DNA from: Haliotis rubra | Taxonomy: Eukaryota | NCBI RefSeq assembly: GCF_003918875.1 | Contig: NW_025767301.1 | Span: 3,968,001 to 4,032,000, forward strand | Direction of reading: 5' to 3' | DNA length: 64,000 nt | Shown here: in pieces, positions 1-21,600 of the stretch | Position numbering within the stretch: the stretch's first letter is position 1 | Layout of the letters: each line of letters starts with the position of its first letter | The notes under the pieces: generated by a model | What the model was told of the DNA's origin: nothing | The model's database searches: none | The model's input: the letters and a program-made list of their open reading frames with translations, nothing else | Position numbers and translations under genes: made by a program

Positions 1-643
1 ACCGCCCTGTGGACATCCAGGCTAGAACTGGTCTCCATCAACCCATTACCACAAGAAACAGTTAACAGGATCAGATAGTCAGGCTTTCTAGCTTGGAGGA
101 TGCATGTCATTGTATATCACATGTGTAAATTGATACTCATGATAACATGGAAATTATATTCTGTTATTTCACATCTCTGCTCTCAGGATTTATTCATATA
201 GGCCAGGTTCTGGTGCTGATTACACAGTGATACCTCAACTCCCACAGATTCTGGTTTTGACCTATTTCCATGAATCCATTTCAGTTAAAACCTGTATCAT
301 CAGGGCATTTTATCCTGTTATTTTAAAATTCATAAATCATATTTCAGGATTAGTTTTCAGTTATCAATTAAAACTCAAAATATATGTTTTTCGATTTAAC
401 AACTATCATGTGAACGCATATATATATATATATATATACATGTACTCTCAAATAACTGTACTCTGGGCCATATGGCCATACTTCTGAATAAATGATTAAT
501 TGAAAATATATATGAGTGAAAGTTTTGCAACCCTAATTATATATATTCCATAGAGGTTGTTGTTACCAACATTACGATGATCATGACATGGTGACTATGT
601 GTCTTGAATTTGGCAAAAAACTGACATTTCAGAATGTACTCAC

Positions 644-2662
644 TTAGCAGCATCTGGATCTTTCAACCTGTACACCAACTTTGATCCACTCTTCAACAAG
701 TCAATGCGCCCCTGCATAAGAGACAAACATATTTTATTGCAAAAAACCATGGGAGAATGTTGACGATATAGAATATTGTCTTTGAACAATAAACATTAAG
801 CAATATCTTCATTTTCATAAATACCCATATGCAGAGCTACAGATAATTTTTTGGTCATTGAGTTATGTACTCGCTTGTGTTCATCTTAATGGGTATCCTA
901 ATTTTCCTTTGAGTAACCAAATAAATTGTACCCCCCTCACTCAAACGCAATTGGATATTTTGTCATTTTCCATTAATTGTAAAAATATATTAAAGTTTAA
1001 ATGTTGATTTACGTGTTTGTTATTTATATTTGATCTGTTATATGAGAAACGATAAGAAAGACTGCAAGTTGCCAAGTCCAGGTGCTGAATAGAAACTTTC
1101 AGTATACCTCAGTTATTTTATTTTTTTCTGTTTTGTATGTATGTAATATAAAATCTATTGAGTATTTACAAAAATTGAAGCGTACTTGTACACAATAGAC
1201 TTCATAGGAATTGAGTTTTCACATAAATATTTACGCAGATACGCAGCTTATCTGTACCTCTGATATGGGAATTCAGGGGAAGAACAGATCCCAAGTACCC
1301 CAGTGCTTGCCGTAAGAACTGGATGGCCACGTTGTGTGATCTGATGGATTGTGTGTCATCTCACCATGCTTGCGTTGACGATGACAAGTATAAGTGTTCA
1401 TGGAATCAACCCCATGTTTCTCAATATTGTGCTATATTCACTGACTAACACATTTCTATCTTCATAGAAACATTATTTAGACATTTTGCAATCGCAGGTG
1501 TTATGTTTGTTTCCATGTATTGTCTCACTGTGGAGGGCTATCACTTGCTTGATCCACTATTAAGACTATGAAGACATCAGACTCAGGACAAGCTTATTAT
1601 TCTTGAACATTGCTGCAGTACAACTTGTCCGATCCTGGTCTGAATGTTATGTTATTGAGTTTATTTAGTACCTGATAGAGTGATCTAGTTGCCTCTATTT
1701 AAAATAGCAAGACACTACAGCAGGCCTGAAAATGTACTTACAGTGGACAGCAGCCTGTTGATGGCTGTAACTCTCTGTTTCACCTCAAACTGAGGCATGT
1801 CAGCTTGAATTGTTGCATCATCAATTCCTTCAGGGTGAGACTGACAGAGAAGGAGAATCCTATAAAGATATACAGGATACCATGGTAGCTTAACTGCACA
1901 AACAGTCCATACTGATAGCATGAAAATACCAAGAAGATAGTTTTATTCAGAACACAGGAGACAAAGAGTTAGTCACTATTCAGTAACATAGCTTACACCT
2001 GACTTGAGGATATTTTAACTTTTGCATTTGTACAGTTGTTACTGCAATATCTATAAGCATTATTGGAAAAGTTGGACCACCAGAGACTTTCAAAAGTCGC
2101 ATTTTGTTAATACATCGGCATGAGTTTCAGCTTCCAATAAACATTGCAGGGTTTCTTATTAGATAGTTATTTTTTCGAAAACTTTGTGAACATAGTACAC
2201 AGACAAATGTATATCGCATAGAAATAACCTTGAGTATGCACAATCGCGCGCACAAATTACTGAACACGATAAAATTGAGTGAGTCAATTAACCCGAAAGC
2301 AGGCATCTGCTGCTTATGAACGGCAAATGTGACTGTCTTTCTGAATCCACGTGTGTAGCCCTTTCCTCGAAAATGTACCACATAGATCTATATATCCTTT
2401 ATCACCCAAGGTTAGTAAAATTAAAACTTCAAATGATATTACAGATATAAATTACGTTTTTGTCTTACATCGTCGAAAACCCCTGATACCGGGATACTAT
2501 CTTGTTCATGTCACATGCAAAAACTCAACAAGCACTACTATCCACTAGACTAGAAATTAAGATCTTGATCTCAACAAGACAAAATAGATGTTTTACATAC
2601 CTTGTCTCTAAATCAGTTTCTTCTACTTGTTCTTGGGGCTCTTGTTTCACAACTGACGCCAT
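644..2662 (-). CDS. POLR3F: RNA polymerase III subunit RPC6/RPC34, 5' part (exons 1-3; gene continues left of the window)
   Basis: Exons 2662-2601 (MASVVKQEPQEQVEETDLETR), 1859-1742 (ILLLCQSHPEGIDDATIQADMPQFEVKQRVTAINRLLST) and 711-644 (GRIDLLKSGSKLVYRLKDPDAA). All have GT-AG boundaries with compatible phases. The peptide resembles the RPC34 N-terminal winged helix (IIELC..FPHGITD..IQ.EMP....QR..AINRLL..G.LDLL). Confidence 0.92.
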
Positions 2663-2980
2663 GTGTCATTTAAATTACAATAAACAACTAAATAGTAATA
2701 CTTTCTGTTTACTGTCGGTAGTTTCATGCAAGAGCTGGAGCCGGTGAGGAAATTCCGGAAGTTTATGTCTGCTGCTCTTAGCGGAACAAATCCTGGTCTG
2801 AATGTGGTTGGTTATATATTAGCCGAATGACCATAACTGATTTCTATAAATAGATACCATATATCATTCTTATCTACTTAGATCTAATATAAACTTTCAA
2901 CGTTTATTTCTTTCTTTAAGAGTTATATTTAATCTTTATTTCGTTGTTTGAAATTCAGTGCGAGGCTAATCATGACGATT
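2663..2980. promoter_or_regulatory. Bidirectional promoter between POLR3F and KAT5
   Basis: The divergent start codons are about 310 bp apart. An ETS-type CCGGAAGT lies at ~2755-2762. A KAT5 5'UTR intron is possible (GTGAGG ~2744 to TTCAG ~2958). Confidence 0.65.
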
Positions 2981-10126
<7,146 letters not shown>

Positions 10127-11287
10127 CTATAGGAAGTGATAGACTAACAAATAACCCATCCTTCTAGCAGTCTAGTAACTTGAAAGTACTTAAACCAGCC
10201 TCTTCCAGAAGACAACTTATACCATGAATAAATGTTCCAAAGTCAAGAATATCAACATCACAGAGTGATCAGTCCCATACGCCGAGTTCATGGTCACCTT
10301 CAACATGTTCAATGCAAAAGTAGCTCCTGGTGTGTTGCAGCAAATACCATTGACCAATGCTTAAGGATTTTGCCTGAAGCCTGTGGGATACAGTTTAATG
10401 AACAAGTGCTTCTGTGGGTTTTTTCTTAAATCTTTCATTTCCTTTTTTTCAGCAATAGTCTGTGATACAAACTTTTTTCTACCATTTTCATTCTGACTTT
10501 TTTTTTATTAATGTGTGTCCATCATCCCATTCCAATCTCAAATAGTTTGAAATATATTCAGGTCCTACTCCTTCAGTGGAATACTGGTTCACTTTTGTCA
10601 TTTTCCAAGTCACATACTACCTTGTAGCCCTACTGGTATCTTGTTGGTCTCATTTCAAGTCCTATTTCACACATTTACAATTTTCTTTTTAACTTTTTTA
10701 GACTACAAAGGGTGCTTATGGTTTCCTAATAAATGTTTTACAAACGTTCTTTAACCTTAATATAGTATTTGTGTTCTACAATGCTTAGCGGTATGTCATT
10801 GTACAAACGAGTTACCTTTATAAAGCTTAATGCACATGACCATGATAATATACTCTATAATACAAGTTCTACCACTGTTGTTTGCTGTTAGTTAAGGTTT
10901 ACTTCTGAGGATTATTGTTGCGTTTGACACAGTGGGTATGTTGCATTTGACACACTATGGGTATGATCCACGAACTTAACTGAAGTAGTCTGAGAGTTGG
11001 ATACACAGATAAACATTCATATCAGCTGGTAGCATAATTGATATTGTCCCTATTTATGTACAACATTTATGTGATGATGATTTGGAGATTTAACGTGCGC
11101 TTTCTGACATAATGCGTATTTCGCACACAACACATTTATGTTTGCAACTGACTGCTGAACAAGCATGTCTCAACATCTAAATAATTGATTTCAAAGACCT
11201 GCTATTTTACTGAACTTCCTTTGTCAGGGTTAATACCAAATTTTTTAGTTGGAAATTATTAACTTCAAATAAATTGACTCAAACATA

Positions 11288-12773
11288 CTCTCCCAAAAAA
11301 GAAACACATATAGGAATTTCAACTGTATTTTTATGTTTATTTTGAAACATCTTAAAGGCTTTATGAGTCAATGAAATATAGCGAAATTGCACACTGGGAA
11401 TGCAGACTTATCCGTCTTTGGCACCAACTCGAGGAAAGTCAGTTTGAGTGTCACATGGAGACGTGTGGTGGCGCTTAAGTCAATACCTCGTGTGACCACC
11501 GTGGGCATCCAGAACTGCACGGCATCGCCTCATCATCGAACGTATAAGTCTCAGAATCTCGTGTTGCCCAATCGCAGCCCACTCTGCCTGTAGTGCCTGT
11601 GCGATTTGGTGAAGTGTCTGGGGATGAGGGTTACGGCGTCGCACCTGTCTGTCCAGGGCATCCCACAGATGTTCGATCGGGTTTAAGTCCGGTGATCTTG
11701 AGGGCCAGGGGAGCACATTGATGTTGTGGTTCTGGAGGAAGTCTCTAGTGTGACGTGCTGTGTGGGGCCTGGCATTGTCCTGTTGAAACAACTCCCTCTG
11801 GCGATCAGTGATTGGAAGGAGGTGTGGGCGTAGGATTTCGTCACAGTACCGTTGAGCTGTCAGGTTGCCCTGGATCATCACCAAATCACTTCTCCTACGG
11901 CAGGTGATCGCTCCCCACATCATAACACTTCCCCGGCCGAATCTGTCTACGTCTTTACACCCGCAGTCTTCCATCGCATCGTTCCAATAGAAATCGTGAT
12001 TCATCACTGAACCAGATTCTACGCCAATTCGGTAGGTTCCAGGCCTGAACGTTGGTGCACCATTGAACTCGATGTCGACGATGTTGTTGTCGAAGCACAG
12101 GGCCAAAATAAGGTCTTCTGGCACGTAAACCAGCCTCTCTCAACCTGTACCTGACGTCCTGTGCAGAAAGCCTCCTCAATCCGGGTATTTGTTGAGCGGT
12201 ACTGGTCGCCGTAGCTGTTTGATGACGCAGGTGATGTACCTGGATGTAGCGATCCTGCGCGGCAGTGGTCGCTCGAGGTCGCCCACTACGAGGGGCATCT
12301 GCTACCGAATTCTGCCGGCGATATCTCTCCCAGAGCCGTGAAATGGTGCTTTGGTGAACATTCATGCGTCGGGCAACTGCGCGTTGAGACTGGCCAGCTT
12401 CAAGCAAACCAATGGCGATATGACGGTTGGCTTCACTTAGACGTGGCATTTTGCGTTCGTCAACAATATTCCAAATACAGTGAATAATCGACAGACAGCG
12501 ATCAACCTTTTATACCCATCATTGAGACTATCTGATCCCCAACTTTCACGTGCATTGCATGTGAATTGTGTATTCTGTGACACTACACGCCGAAATTGAA
12601 AATCATGCTGTTAAATACGGGTATTTTACGGATGGTGCGTTTTGTTGTGATGTTTCAAAACATAAACACCATAGGACTCATAAACAGAGCAAAACCTTTT
12701 GTAAAATGAATCACGTTTTAATTCATTGCTACATGAAATTGCTATTTTCATGATGCGTTTGTTTTTGGGAGAG
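11288..12773 (-). mobile_element. Tc1-like (DD34E) DNA transposon
   Basis: Short TIRs CTCTCCCAAAAA(A/C)..AAAC and GTTTGTTTTTGGGAGAG with TA TSD, enclosing a transposase gene. Confidence 0.92.
11480..12449 (-). pseudogene. Tc1 transposase broken by an internal deletion/frameshift near 11958
   Basis: ORF 12449-11955 carries a paired-like HTH, GRPR and WFSDESRF. ORF 12124-11480 carries GSVMMWGAI, FQQDNARPH and SPDLNPIEHLW, with 34 residues between the second D and the E. Confidence 0.9.
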
Positions 12774-15700
12774 TATAGTTTCAGTGATAAAACCACACTT
12801 ACGTTTTTTGCTTTAGTGACAATTGATAGTTTGTTTGACTGCAAATGCACAAACAGTCAAACCAATTAGGTATATATAGCTTATATATATTGCATAGTTT
12901 GTCAAGAATTCTTAAACATTTATCACCTCATAAATCCAAATGTTTTTCCAGATCAGTCAGTGTCATTATCATTTATGAAAAAGTGGATGTGTTCATTTCT
13001 TACCAACTGTTATATTTTGGACTTGTGCCATTTTGTAAGGACCTATGGACAGGTTGATAATGATAGGACTTCAGGTGTCTAACAAATACCACTTTTAGGA
13101 ATTATAGGCAAGAAACATATTTCACCTGCGATAAAGTGTGTTGTACTTGACGAATTATTTTCTGGCTGAATTTCTTTATTGTGTATCACATCCAACTTAT
13201 ATTCAGGAGATAACATTCGCTTTGTATACTCCTCAAAGGAAGTTCAAGACCACACACTTTGTTTCTGTTACTGTAGTTAAAGAAGATATATTCAATATAA
13301 ACTTCTTAACATATGTTAATTGTACAAAGTATGCTCATTTACACTCTAGAAAAAAGTGATCAGTGATTTTATTGTCATCTGAAAAGCACCAAACAACTGC
13401 TCTAATTCTACAACCTGCAGGTATGCATATCGTAATCCCAGCCTCGGCAGAGCTCAGATTTTGACGTCACAGTATCAAGCCGCCTACCGTTTCACTTTGT
13501 TTACACAGAGCATTTATCTGCATAACAATGGAGTGATTTTTTTCATTATACTCAGTGTGAGTTAGATGTAAGATGGTATATTGTTTCATGGCGTTGTCTC
13601 AGTCCTTCCCAAAAAGTTCCAGGTGTCATTTCTTCAAAATTCTAAGTGTAAGGACCAATTTAGCGAGGAGAAACTTTTCAGATACAGCATAAATTGTATA
13701 CATGGTAAATACTCATAACAACATACATAATTAAAGTCAGCAGGAATCATGTAAATAAAGATGTGTTATACAAGGATAATAAGAAATATATTGTACAAGT
13801 TTTTGCCCTGAGAACTACTTTTCATAGATAAATGGGTAAAATGGTGTGTGTCAGTTTTATTGGATAAACATTGTTTCACTGGATATATGTTTATCATCAA
13901 TCATTAGTGATCAGTCAGAGACACATCTGGTGTTTTTCAAGCGAAAAAGCTGTTATAGAGATAGACAGTCAGAATATGGCGTACATTCTTTGGATAAATT
14001 ATGGAGTGATAGGTATATTTAAGATTAATATTGTCAGTTCAATAATTGTTGTGTTTATTTATTTCTTCGTTTTATGTTTTGTTTTGTGTGTATTATATAT
14101 GGTAGTCAGTGATATATTGATGGATTTTGGGTCAAGACAAACTGTTCCTATTGTAAGCTAAATACCAGCCACAAAGACCTATCAGTTAAGTATGTTACAA
14201 CAAATGTTTAAATGGCAGTAATCACTGAACCAACCATCACTAGATACACTAAACAATTAATGCGTAACATTCATTTGTATAAAAAAAACCAAAGTTTGCC
14301 TTAATTATAGGCTAATTATTTCGTGAGTGCAACATTTCAGCACAGATTCTTGTATCGTTGTCAAGCAAGAATGAGTACCAAAACAAGAATGAGTACCAAA
14401 ACATCACACTCACGCAATAGAAGAAGAAGTTATTCATTAAGGTTGTCTATATGGACATAAATACACATGTGAAGAAACTCACAATTATTTCATGATTTCC
14501 ATGGGAGATTATTTGTGTTGAAAGTAAGTAACAAAAGTATAACATCCAGCCTAAATCAAGTTTCAAAATAGAAAATTGATGGTATAGGTTGCAAGTTATA
14601 ACTTTGTGTCTTTCCGTAGTGACATCTGATTCTATTTTCTGGTGTTATTGTCCGGTGAAAGCAAGTTATCTACGAAACACTGTACTGAAGAAGGGAGGCA
14701 ACTCCCACTATGACATTAGGTCATGTGATGCCAAACTCTGCTCATTAACTCTCCATAGTCTCCGGAACATGTTTAGGTTTTTGATGTTTTTGGCTACAAG
14801 TGTTCACTTAAGAAAAAACATTCTCCTTCAAGATAATTTCTTTTTACATGCTTTATAAATAATTTGATTTAAGATTTTTACTGTATATTTCCTTTGATCT
14901 ATCCTGCTATGACAGATTAACTATAGTAATAGGAAAGAATCGGGTGGTCCCTAACTTCTTGTGTGTAGTATACATAATTCTATCAGGTTTGTGGCCAGAG
15001 TGCATTGTTTGAAACAAAGCTCGCATTCATAAGACTTCCAAACAGTGTTTATTCCCATGGTTGGCGTAAAGTACTTTCTCAAGTGCCTACATTAAATGAA
15101 AATGAAACAGGCATATTGAAGGGAGTGAACAGAAGCAGAAAGCTTGCTGCTATTTTTTTTTTGTTACTTGCCAGTTGTTTACATTGCAGATTGCTTCAGT
15201 CAGTTCATAGTTGAAGTGTTCGAAATTTGATGCATCATTATTCCTAAGATTGATGATGTATTCTTTATCTTAAATACGGGTCATTGAAACTTACATATAA
15301 TGTCCAAGATCTTATCCCTTGACTATGGATACATATTGTGTAGATTTATTGTTGTTTCCAGTTTCAAAATGAATAGCTGATGATGGATCCACTGACTAAT
15401 TTGGCCTTACAATCAGGCCAGGCTTTTGGGGTTCGTTTTATCTTCAGTCACATGTATAAGTGTTATCTTGAACTTGGTTTCATCTGGTACTGAAGCACTT
15501 TGAAATGCTAGAAAAATACTAAATGATCTTCCTGCTGCTATGGATAAATGAGATTCCTTTGAATATGCAAAACGTGTTTGTCTTGTGTCAGCTCTCTCGT
15601 GTCATCTCAAGTGTTAATGTGAAGTTGTGAATCATACCCATTGTTTCAACTATTTTTATGTAATGCATCAGAATTATAACAGGTGGACAAACCACATGTA

Positions 15701-17856
15701 TGGCGTTTTCGTTAATTAATAATATTGAACACCTATTATGTAATTACATCAGCGTTTAATGAAGTGTTCATTATTTTAACTGAAAAAGAGTTGCATTTGC
15801 ATATTTCTAAAGTCTGTTTCAGCTTTCATTTGTCTCCTTTGAATTTGTAATTAAAATATATTAACAATGAAATAGTTCAAACGTCAGGTTAGTCAACTGG
15901 TAGCATAGGAACTCTCATGAAAACAGCCGAGAATGAATATGCATCCCCCTTTCTCAAAAATCTGTATCTGCCCCTTGGTAGTTATTTGATATTAATAGCA
16001 GCAAATTGTGTTATGTTCTGCTATCAATTAAATGGCAAATAGCCTTTCTCTAAACATTTCCAACACTTTAAAAAAATGTTCTGCAGAAAGACTTGACCTT
16101 TGGTGTTCCATCATGTCATGTTGAAACAGAAACAGTTTTGTCTTTGAACAAGATCACAATGAACAAATTATCTTATGCATTGTTTCTGGACCATCACTGC
16201 ATAAGATTGACAGAACTATACTTTTTATATTGTTGGCACACTAACTGTATCAGCAATGTCCATCTTCAGCCAATTACAAACAGTTTATCGTCATAGTTAC
16301 CTTGTCTACAAACATGTATAAGGAACTGTATCTTTGTCAGTCACATGTGATAGATAGAAGTGGTACTGGGAATTTGGAATAATGCAACCTTGGTGAATCT
16401 GTCACGTAGTATCCATGGTGAAAGGCGAAGAAACCCAGCAATATTTGGGTGTTGTATTGTATGCGTGTTGTTTGTTGTAGCCAAACCATTGCATGTGAAG
16501 CAACACTGACATATTCTGTACATCATTTATATATTAAAATTGTGGTGTGCCTCTTTCTAGAAACAAACTACACAACTTGAGCATTTATTTGTTTAATGGA
16601 TAGTATTTTCTTTAAAACAGATAATTTAGTAATATGAAGAAATATTGAGGTAGCTTTATATTTTGCATCTCATTTTATTCCATGTTCATAAGCTGCTATG
16701 TCCTACCTTTTATGTAGACATTAAGCAGCCATGAAACATCCACATCATACTCCCACCCCAATGGTGCTGGGATGAAGACTGTAGCCTTTACTTCTTCCCC
16801 TGACCAAAGAGTTGAGTAATTATTTGTTGTAACCATGGTTACCTGAATGAGCTGATATTTGCTCAAAGCACGTCACCCTCTAGTGCGTAAGAATGTATCA
16901 GTCTTAAAATGGTTCATTTTGGCATCCATTATTCAAAAACGTGTTGGATGTAATAGGTTTCATTTTTCCTTTCCAACTTAGCAATAGATGCTGTTCTTTT
17001 GACTTACATATTAGGTAAACCATTCTGACATCCACCCATTTAATTTCAGCAAAATATTTTTCATATATATGCACAAACAACAGTTAAACTACCCCTATAA
17101 TCTGTTTTCTAATAATTCTGAGAGACCATTACTGCTGGCAGTTTCTGCTTGCAATATCCCAAAAGATGTATCACCATCAAGCACTCTCTGACTAGAATTG
17201 TAACCACTAGATATCGGAAATGATGAAAGTGTTACTTTGCAATATTTTGTCAAACTCCACTCCAACATAACCACTAGAAAATACTTGTATATAAGACTGC
17301 ATGAATGTATGGACAGACCAAGGTAACTAAATATTAACTGAGCTTTCTGATCAAGGTTTGGTCTTTAAGTACAAATAACAAAACTGACAGTTACCCTCTA
17401 GATAAGTAGGAGTACTGTAGTTGTTCAAAGTTTCTAGCCTTCTAAGAAGCAAGGATGGGCAAGTGCTGACAATGTAGCTGGACAATGTATAGTCATGGTA
17501 GAGCCACCTCAGGAAGTGTTCCGATTGAGTGGTTTGTGTGTGACGTGAGAGCTTGATAGTTGTATCATGAAGAGTGAGAGAGTGACCATTTTTTGTCAAC
17601 TATCATGTCAAATAAAACTGTCTAAACAGTTACTCTGATGCTTTGTTATCAATTGGTTATTTTGGACAAGTATGAAACCATGTGTCAGGTATTTTTTGCT
17701 TTCAGTTAATTGTAGCTGAAGGTGACATCCTTTTCATTATGTGAGGAGCATTTTTAGGCCAATTTAGCAATATTGAAACAACATCAGCTGAGCGCACTAG
17801 AAAGGCTTCATACATTTTACACATGTGGGCCACTGAACATGGGTCATAAAATAACT

Positions 17857-18375
17857 ATAGTCCATTTGGCTCAAAATCGGACCGATGAATTGCAATCTAA
17901 CTCGAAAACTACTAAACATATAGTACTCGATGAAACACTGATCATAATCAAAACATCAGACCAACTCTGTGATTTGTTTTCAGAATTTATGTCCTAAAAA
18001 AAAAAAAGTTGTTTAACAAACTATCATTAAAATCTTGACACAGTTCACTATTTGTTACGAGGGAGGGTGCAAAGAGAGGAACAGCCAGGTGTGCGAGAAA
18101 GGATGGGAGACGGCACAGCTCAGGTTAATGAATCAATGACTGGCGGCACGTGCTTCACTTGTGCAGTCCTCCCTCGTAACAAATAGTGAACTGTGTCAAA
18201 ATTTTAATGATAGTTTGTTAAACAACCTTTTTATTTTTAGGTCATAAATTCTGCAAAAAAAATATAGTTGGTCTGATGTTTTGATTATGATCAGTGTTTC
18301 ATTGAGTACTACATGTTTCGTTGTTTTCGAGTTAGATTGCAATTCATCAGTCCGATTTTGAGCCAAACGGACAAT
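17857..18375. mobile_element. Foldback MITE with ~210-bp inverted arms
   Basis: 17857-18066 (ATAGTCCATTTGGCTCAAAATCGG...GTTACGAGGGAGG) is the near reverse complement of ~18168-18375, with a ~100-bp spacer. Confidence 0.85.
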
Positions 18376-18603
18376 TTAAACCACTGGGCCATCTAACCAA
18401 CACATCAACTTTGATGAAACTAAAATGAAAACCACCTTTCATAAAGCTTAAACGGAACTATTTCTGCCTTTTAACATGGATGGAGTAAAGACGTTCCATG
18501 TTCCTTTTCACCCAGCAGATTACACTTTCATCTTCACAACAGAATACAGGGTTTTCTGTTACGTTAATCACAACACAAACATCAAATGGCAACAATAATT
18601 TAT

Positions 18604-21600
18604 TTAGAACCTCTCTGCTGACCTAGAGGCAACACTCCTCATCTGGCCATATACTTTGGATGGCGGACTCCCTGCAAACAGAAGAAAGGTACAAGCTGTA
18701 GATGCCATTCTGATCCATGTCAATGAACTTCATACTAACTAGACTTAGAAATTAGTGGAACTCGAAGCCATGGAACTTTTTTATGGATAATAACCTCTTT
18801 ACTGTTTGTCATGACAGCTGATGAAAGTAGAAGAAATATGATTCAACTAGAATCACCATTAGACATTAAATACAAACATACTCATATGCAACATGAAATA
18901 TTCAAAAATATATGTTTTCCCTCCCCAAGATTCTGGGTTTCTGGCATGCCCAAGGGAAGCAACTCTTGAATAATGGCTTGTGTCACCCTGGATGCTAGCA
19001 GCACTTGTGGTCCTGTAAACAACAGTGTTGTAGCACTACTTTTAAAACAGTTGAAGAGAGTCTATCTTGAACATGAACTTACCCAATATGAGATTGCATA
19101 TTGCTCTTCTTGCAACCTGGATATTTTGATAGGAACCAAGGATATTCACTTTCCTGTAGAATAAATACATAGCTGATTAATTAGGAGTAAGACCTACATC
19201 ACAATATCCTCAGACTTTCGAAAATACAGTCAAGCACTGTTGTGTTTAAGTTGAAGGGACCTACATAACATTTCAAAACAACCCCAAAATAACTTAACAT
19301 AAATCAACTGACATACATAAAAAATGAATAACACGGAAACACATTTTGCAATTTACATTTTAAAGCCTGCACAATCAATTACACTTTCAATTTACATTTT
19401 TAGGGGCAGGAACATCTAATCCAGTTATTCTGGTTAAACCAGGCCCTTTATTTGATTGCTTTGACATGATTTTGGAAAATTTGCGGTGTACCTAAACTTC
19501 TTTTGAGTGTTTTGTAAAAACTTACGTATCAGCTAGGACAATCCTAGTTTTTGTGACATTCTCAATTGTGAATTTTGTCTTGCCATTTTTCCCTGCCAGT
19601 CTTCCTATAGCCCTGGCAAGATGGTCGCCCTTCAAGGGTTTGACTGAAAACCAAACACATTTAGACATTTAATATGAACCAAGTTGAAGGATGAAACTTT
19701 AAGTTGTGAAGAAAACATATCAGACACACATTATACAGGTGTGACCAGTTATGTATCACCTGTGCTTTTACCCATTGCTTGGTTTACAGAGTTCAAGTTC
19801 AATGTATGCTAGACTGCCCAATACACTTCATATGATGATATACAACTCACTGTTTTAATCTTACACATTTAATAAATAGCAAGTGAAATGTGTAAGAATT
19901 ATATATCAATCTGCTGATTTGATGTCTTTATTAAACAAGTGGTGTATTTATTTGCACACAAACATGAAGCAGATGTCTCAAAGTTTTAAGTCTAAATGTA
20001 CCACCATGTACTTTCAGTCAAAAAACATTACTTCCAGGGCATGATCTTAAAAGGATAACTTCTTAAGATCCAATGATGACCTTGACCTTTGATAGACACA
20101 GCACCAACTTACTACCAGACATAGTAGAATTTGTACAAATACTTGCAAACATAAAGTTTCAAATATAAAAGTAACCATGCCCTCAGAAACTGGCAATGAC
20201 ATATCAATGTTTTACAAATGTTGAATCCTGACTTTGACCTTTGACTTATTTTGACATCGCCTTTTGGTACAAATATCTACAGTGAATTCTAAAATGGTGC
20301 AAAGGATCTTTTGAAACATAAGAGATGGTGAAAAGAACATGTTGTTGCAGCTATTTCTAAAATCAAATTTTCAGTGACGATATTTCAGAGACACAATTAC
20401 TGGGATCACTCATACAAATTTTCAGGTCCATAGGCCTTGTGGTTTCAAGAGATGTTGAAAATACAAAAGTTAACAATGGACAGAAAAACAAAGGACAACG
20501 CATTAACACATAAGCTCACTTGACTTTCAGTGACAGTCAAATTCAAAGAAATACTATAAGCAGTCTCATTTCACAAGGTTACTGATAACATTTTCTTATT
20601 ACAATAAACAATATCTTACCATCTGTAACAGAAAATGACTCCAGATATAAATCATCCAGCCTCACAAGAGCTAGGGCATCCTGAAACAATAAGAACAAGT
20701 ATTAAGACCATCTCAAAACCAGTTTAAGTAAACTTATCCTAGTAGAAGGTCGCGTCAGCTAACCTTTGAGCGACCTATGACCGTCCAATCAAACGCGAGA
20801 TGGCAAACAGATTTAACCAATCATACAACGGCTACTATTTAGGGTTTGGCGGGACTTACGGTTCCCTTTTAAAATCACCAATGATTAGTTTAATCTTTTC
20901 AATTCTTCAGAATTCAGTTTTGAGTTTCTGCATGAAGTGTCTATGGATTTTCTCTTATTAGTATATATTTCCAAAAGATGACATCCTGGAATATTTACGA
21001 AAACGCTATTTTCAGCGACTGTTTACGCACTGTTACAGTGACTGTGTATCACACATACAATCATGCGGAAAATCGGAATAGTTCAAGAACAAACGTTTTC
21101 GAGATAAAGATTCCAACGGTATGTGCGAATTTTAACTTTCAAGATTTGGAAAGCTGTGTTCTGATTGGTCAATTCAAAAGGTTAGCTGACGCAACCTTCT
21201 ACTAGAGTTTGTTAGACTCAGTATGGCAGTGTAATGAATAATACTGAGCCTAACTTTACTTAGACTGATATCAAAACATTTGCACATGTCAAACATTAAT
21301 ACTGTACTACATTAGACATGGGCTAATATTAGCATAATCAAACCTACTCCATGTACACATGAAAACAATAGATTATCAACATTACAAATTTCATATTACC
21401 TTCATTTAAAGAACAGTGCCCAACAACAAATGTTAACCGATGAAAAGTTATTCATATCTAAAATTAGTTATTGAAATTTATGGTATTTAACAACAAATTC
21501 CTTAACAACTGATAAGATATATATGTAAACTTACATCTACTTCAAATCCAAGGGAAAACGCTTTTACAAAGTCAGCTGCTTTCTGAAGTGCACCTATATC

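Noticed and set aside
14366-14401. 18-bp direct repeat CAAGAATGAGTACCAAAA x2
   Set aside because: A simple local tandem duplication with no other structure.
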